11,545 nucleotides of DNA from a virus (Duplodnaviria; Heunggongvirae; Uroviricota; Caudoviricetes), in IMG/VR virus record IMGVR_UViG_2695420540_000010. The stretch is one strand, 5' to 3'. Below the pieces are notes generated by a model. It saw only the letters and a program-made list of their open reading frames with translations, was not told the DNA's origin and ran no database searches. The position numbers were made by a program, and so were the translations under genes. Within the stretch, counting starts at the first letter, position 1, and each line of letters opens with the position of its first letter. Shown here in pieces: positions 8,463 to 11,545 of this stretch.

Positions 8463-9521
8463 TTATGCTTTCCACTTCAGAACACCCGAATTTCTCGCGT
8501 GCATTAAAAAACGAATCAGCAACAACAGCTGACTGCCGTGTTTCTCTTCAAAATCTTTTACTCCGGCATGTAGTTCGTTACGGCATTTACGGCATAACGG
8601 AATAACAAACAAATCATCAGCCTTTGTTCCCATCCCTCCCAGTCCATGACCAATGATGTGATGCGGATCATCTGCCTGATTGCCACACGTCATGCATTTC
8701 TGCGTTTTTACCCAGCGCGTGTATACAGGCATCTCTTCCCGTTGTGATTTCTGGCGCTGGAGATACTGAGCCGGTGACTCCGGATCAACGGCAATGCTGA
8801 CCACCGTCTTTTCCTGTGGTGGGTTCTGTTGCTGGTGGACGTGAGGCAGTAACGCAATATTTTTTGTGCGCTGCTTCAGTATGCTGGTGGCTGTCTGCTC
8901 TCCCGGTATGATGTCGCTTTCACTGTACACAGAGCGAATTTTTTCCGCACGCAACCCCAGCGAACGACGTAATACCGCTTCCGGTAGCGCGTCCGCCACC
9001 TGATTGCGGACCGCCCACCAGGATAATTCAGCCAGAGATAATTCACGCTCCTGCGTACCGCTTATTGCGTGACCGATGACGTCAATCATCCATGCTGACA
9101 GGTTTTGATGAGCAAGTTGCTCGAGTGATTCGGATGTCTGGTCACGCAGCTGGTTGTCGCAGTGCCAGCACAACACCATTGCGCCGGTACCATAACGGTG
9201 AATGACGGTTTCGCTGTGATGATAATCGCCGTGTGGCCACTGGCAGGATTTAATATGGCGCAACAGCCAGTCAGACAATGCACCAGCACCACCAGCAGCA
9301 CGAATCACCCGTGCGTTACTGAAAAACGGCAGCAATGTTTTGTCTTCCACCAGCGGCTGGCGAGCGGCAGGAACGACCCCGGACGGCAGATTACGCATGC
9401 TTTTTGGTTCCGGCTCCACCAGTATTCTGCCGTTATGGAATGCTGACATTGATTCACGGCCTGGCTTAACGATAACCAGACCGAGTTCCGGTACCAGAAC
9501 AGGTCGAAGTAATACCCGCAC
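8463..9521 (-). CDS. Phage nin-region protein with a C-terminal HNH endonuclease motif (possibly YdfU/DUF968-like)
   Basis: 352 aa from a GTG with GGAGG 4 nt upstream (alternative ATG 24 codons in). C-terminus CMTCGNQADDPHHIIGH...LCRKCRNELH fits CxxC...D.HH...CxxC.N..H. The DUF968 assignment is from memory. Confidence 0.6.
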   Translation of the reverse strand: MRVLLRPVLVPELGLVIVKPGRESMSAFHNGRILVEPEPKSMRNLPSGVVPAARQPLVEDKTLLPFFSNARVIRAAGGAGALSDWLLRHIKSCQWPHGDYHHSETVIHRYGTGAMVLCWHCDNQLRDQTSESLEQLAHQNLSAWMIDVIGHAISGTQERELSLAELSWWAVRNQVADALPEAVLRRSLGLRAEKIRSVYSESDIIPGEQTATSILKQRTKNIALLPHVHQQQNPPQEKTVVSIAVDPESPAQYLQRQKSQREEMPVYTRWVKTQKCMTCGNQADDPHHIIGHGLGGMGTKADDLFVIPLCRKCRNELHAGVKDFEEKHGSQLLLLIRFLMHARNSGVLKWKA

Positions 9522-9522
9522 A

Positions 9523-9801
9523 TTACCTCCAGATCCGTTGCTGGAATGTGCGGGACGGACGCGTTGGCCGTTCGGAGTAAGGGAGCCTGACGGAGATTAT
9601 CCAGTGACGGTAGTCGAGGCTAAGGGCTTTTTTAACCTCGCATCCGCGCCTGCGGTAACACTGAATGAGCCATTCGGCCTGTTCTTCAGTGCATGGGGGA
9701 TGCTGGTACCAATCAGATTTAAATGCGTGAGAGCGCCGCCCGTGCCTGCTGGCAAAGACGGCTGAATTATCAGAATTGTGTAGTCTGGAATTTTGCGCCA
9801 T
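9523..9801 (-). CDS. Hypothetical 92-aa protein; may instead be the out-of-frame 5' part of the downstream HNH gene
   Basis: ATG with GGAG 7 nt upstream. Stop lies 1 nt before the GTG of the next gene, in a different frame. Confidence 0.4.
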   Translation of the reverse strand: MAQNSRLHNSDNSAVFASRHGRRSHAFKSDWYQHPPCTEEQAEWLIQCYRRRGCEVKKALSLDYRHWIISVRLPYSERPTRPSRTFQQRIWR

Positions 9802-9867
9802 CGGCTTTCTCCGGTGGCACAGTGTTACTCAACAGGGGTTCAGCCCTGCGCTGAATTGTAGATGAAT

Positions 9868-10128
9868 TCACTCATCTTCAAAAGCAGAAAAACCAGCCTT
9901 AATCCCAGCTTCTTTCAGAGACGGCAACGATGTGACAAATTCATTTGCACGCGAAATAAAACCATCCGTCACAAGCCCATCCACAAAATGAATTAACGCA
10001 GCTCCACTCTTCCTTTGTTGAGACTGTAAACATTTAATACGGCAGTGGCTGACAATAGCGCCATTCTCAACGCGCACAGTATAGAGGCCATCTTCACTAA
10101 AAATTTCACGTAATTCTTCGATTTTCAT
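9868..10128 (-). CDS. Hypothetical 86-aa protein
   Basis: ATG with GGAAGGA 8 nt upstream (the track ORF starts one codon earlier at a TTG). No family recognised. Confidence 0.5.
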   Translation of the reverse strand: MKIEELREIFSEDGLYTVRVENGAIVSHCRIKCLQSQQRKSGAALIHFVDGLVTDGFISRANEFVTSLPSLKEAGIKAGFSAFEDE

Positions 10129-10248
10129 CAACAGAATCCTTCCAGATAAATAGCACTCCCCTGTTCGGGGTCCATCCCTCTTCTCCCTGCGCGCTACTTA
10201 AGTATTTTTGATTCTATTCCGGCACCATCTAAAACTTCAAACGCGTTG

Positions 10249-10278
10249 AAAATAAAAACAAAAACCCGCCGAAGCGGG
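10249..10278 (-). terminator. Intrinsic terminator downstream of hok
   Basis: Minus strand reads cccgc-ttcg-gcggg followed by tttttgttttt. Confidence 0.6.
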
Positions 10279-10348
10279 TTAAGTGTGGGTGCATTGAGGA
10301 TGCCTGACCCATCAGAGGTGGCGAGGGATTTCTCCCCCGCCTGGTCTC

Positions 10349-10504
10349 TTACTCCTCAGGTTCGTAAGCTGTGAAGACAGCGACCTCCGTCTGGCCGGTT
10401 CGAATTCGTACCTCGCAGAGGTCTTTCCTCGTTACCAGTGCCGTCACTATGACGGTTAAACAGATGACGATCAGGGCGATTAACATCGCCTTTTGCTGCT
10501 TCAT
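10349..10504 (-). CDS. hokD: Hok/Gef-family type I toxin (HokD/RelF-like, 51 aa); the in-frame 70-aa extension to 10561 is a Mok-like frame
   Basis: MKQQKAMLIALIVICLTVIVTALVTRKDLCEVRIRTGQTEVAVFTAYEPEE matches the Hok family, and HokD as I recall it. AAGGAG lies 9 nt upstream. An upstream in-frame ATG at 10561 has its own GAGG. Confidence 0.85.
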   Translation of the reverse strand: MKQQKAMLIALIVICLTVIVTALVTRKDLCEVRIRTGQTEVAVFTAYEPEE

Positions 10505-10795
10505 AGCCTGCTTCTCCTTGCCTTTCGGCACGTAAGAGGCTAACCTAGATTTGCCGTTCATAGATTGAGCCTCAGATTAATGTTAAGCGTCTTGCCGGAC
10601 GCGTAATGTTAACTGGGGCTTTTCTCTATCTGCCTTTTGGTGTTCATGCCTGAGACAGATAGCCTCAAGCACCCGCTGCAATTCTACTTAACTCTCCTTT
10701 TCCCGCAAACCGTTTTTATCCCCAGCGGCAAATCGAATACACCACCAGCGCCACCGCCATCGCAATTCCTACCGTTGTTAATGCTTCAGGCCAGG

Positions 10796-11140
10796 TCATC
10801 GTAAAATATCCTCCACGCTTATCAGTCCGTTCCGCTCCAGATAACTCATCGCCTTATCCGGTAATTTGCAGTCTGGCTTCGCTTTCCTCAGTTGCCAGGT
10901 TAACTGCTTTACCAGCATGGTTAACTCATCGACCAGACGCTGATATCCCACTGGTTTGTATTCATGCAATTTACCGGCTGGCTCTGCTGCCAGCGATACC
11001 AGTGCGATTTCCAGAACAGCAATATCCATCTTATATGTGCGGATGATGTCATGGTCGATTGTGCCCGGTATGCACAGTCTCTGTGCTTCAATAGTCTCCT
11101 CTGCGTGAGCTATTAACTGCTCTCTGGTAAAAGTCGTCAT
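10796..11140 (-). CDS. Hypothetical 114-aa protein, paralogous in its N-terminal part to the upstream 55-aa ORF
   Basis: ATG overlaps the upstream stop (ATGA). Shares MTT.T.E and IAL.SL.AEP....EY with the 55-aa ORF. Confidence 0.55.
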   Translation of the reverse strand: MTTFTREQLIAHAEETIEAQRLCIPGTIDHDIIRTYKMDIAVLEIALVSLAAEPAGKLHEYKPVGYQRLVDELTMLVKQLTWQLRKAKPDCKLPDKAMSYLERNGLISVEDILR

Positions 11141-11304
11141 GCCGTAGCCCCTTCTTGATATTTTTCAAACCAGAACACAACCGGCTCTGCTTCCAGCGAT
11201 GCCAGCGCAATCCGTGCCAGTTCCATTTGTTCACCACGGGTAAGCCCGTTTTCAAGCGGGTTTTTAATGAACAATTCAATACGTTCTTTGGTAATAGTGG
11301 TCAT
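11137..11304 (-). CDS. Hypothetical 55-aa protein (below the ORF-track length cutoff)
   Basis: Translated by hand: [61 protein letters not shown] lies 7 nt upstream of the ATG. Stop overlaps the next gene's start. Confidence 0.55.
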   Translation of the reverse strand: MTTITKERIELFIKNPLENGLTRGEQMELARIALASLEAEPVVFWFEKYQEGATA

Positions 11305-11314
11305 GTGTTACTCC

Positions 11315-11545
11315 TTAACCCGCAGTGCTTTCAACTGATGAGGGGAACAAAATCTTTTCATCAAACCCTGCATTCATATCATGAACAGCAACACACCAAT
11401 CCATCGACGAACGATTATCAAGAGCCTCCATGATTTCATCCATGCGGCGTAGGTCATACAGGTAAATGCTTTTATCGCCAATGGTGTAAAAGCCAATTTT
11501 TTTCGGTGATGGATGAGGTGTACTGGCAATAGCGGACACTACCAT
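11315..11545 (-). CDS. Hypothetical 76-aa protein whose start codon is the last three bases of the window
   Basis: ATG to TAA open frame, followed 10 nt later by the next gene with a strong SD. No family recognised. Confidence 0.5.
   Translation of the reverse strand: MVVSAIASTPHPSPKKIGFYTIGDKSIYLYDLRRMDEIMEALDNRSSMDWCVAVHDMNAGFDEKILFPSSVESTAG

Noticed and set aside
11088-11279. 63-aa minus-strand track ORF
   Set aside because: A different frame from the hand-translated 55-aa ORF (11137..11304), which has a strong RBS, stop-start coupling and paralogy to its neighbour. The track frame gives an R/K/W-rich implausible product.
11155-11433. 92-aa plus-strand ORF
   Set aside because: Antisense to two supported minus-strand genes. 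No RBS.

Overview
Draft-quality segment (five N-runs) of a lambdoid prophage from an E. coli-like enterobacterial genome, with nearly all genes on the minus strand. Reading the minus strand from the right end: small early/nin-region ORFs, a Hok/Mok type I toxin locus, a protein with a C-terminal HNH motif, a truncated rusA copy, a partial IS21-family element (istA/istB) abutting an IS66-type tnpA remnant, a second rusA, a Q-type antiterminator candidate, a small HTH protein, a beta-class DNA methyltransferase and a tRNA trio (Ile-CAU, Arg-UCG, Arg-UCU). Downstream of the tRNAs, where Stx phages carry stxAB, there is instead a three-copy ~220-bp hairpin-bearing repeat, a second tRNA-Arg(UCU) copy, stacked terminators and an AT-rich plus-strand ORF. 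The two window ends form a perfect 31-bp inverted repeat. No CRISPR array, rRNA or stx genes were seen. All protein-family calls are from motif reading and memory, not from a search.
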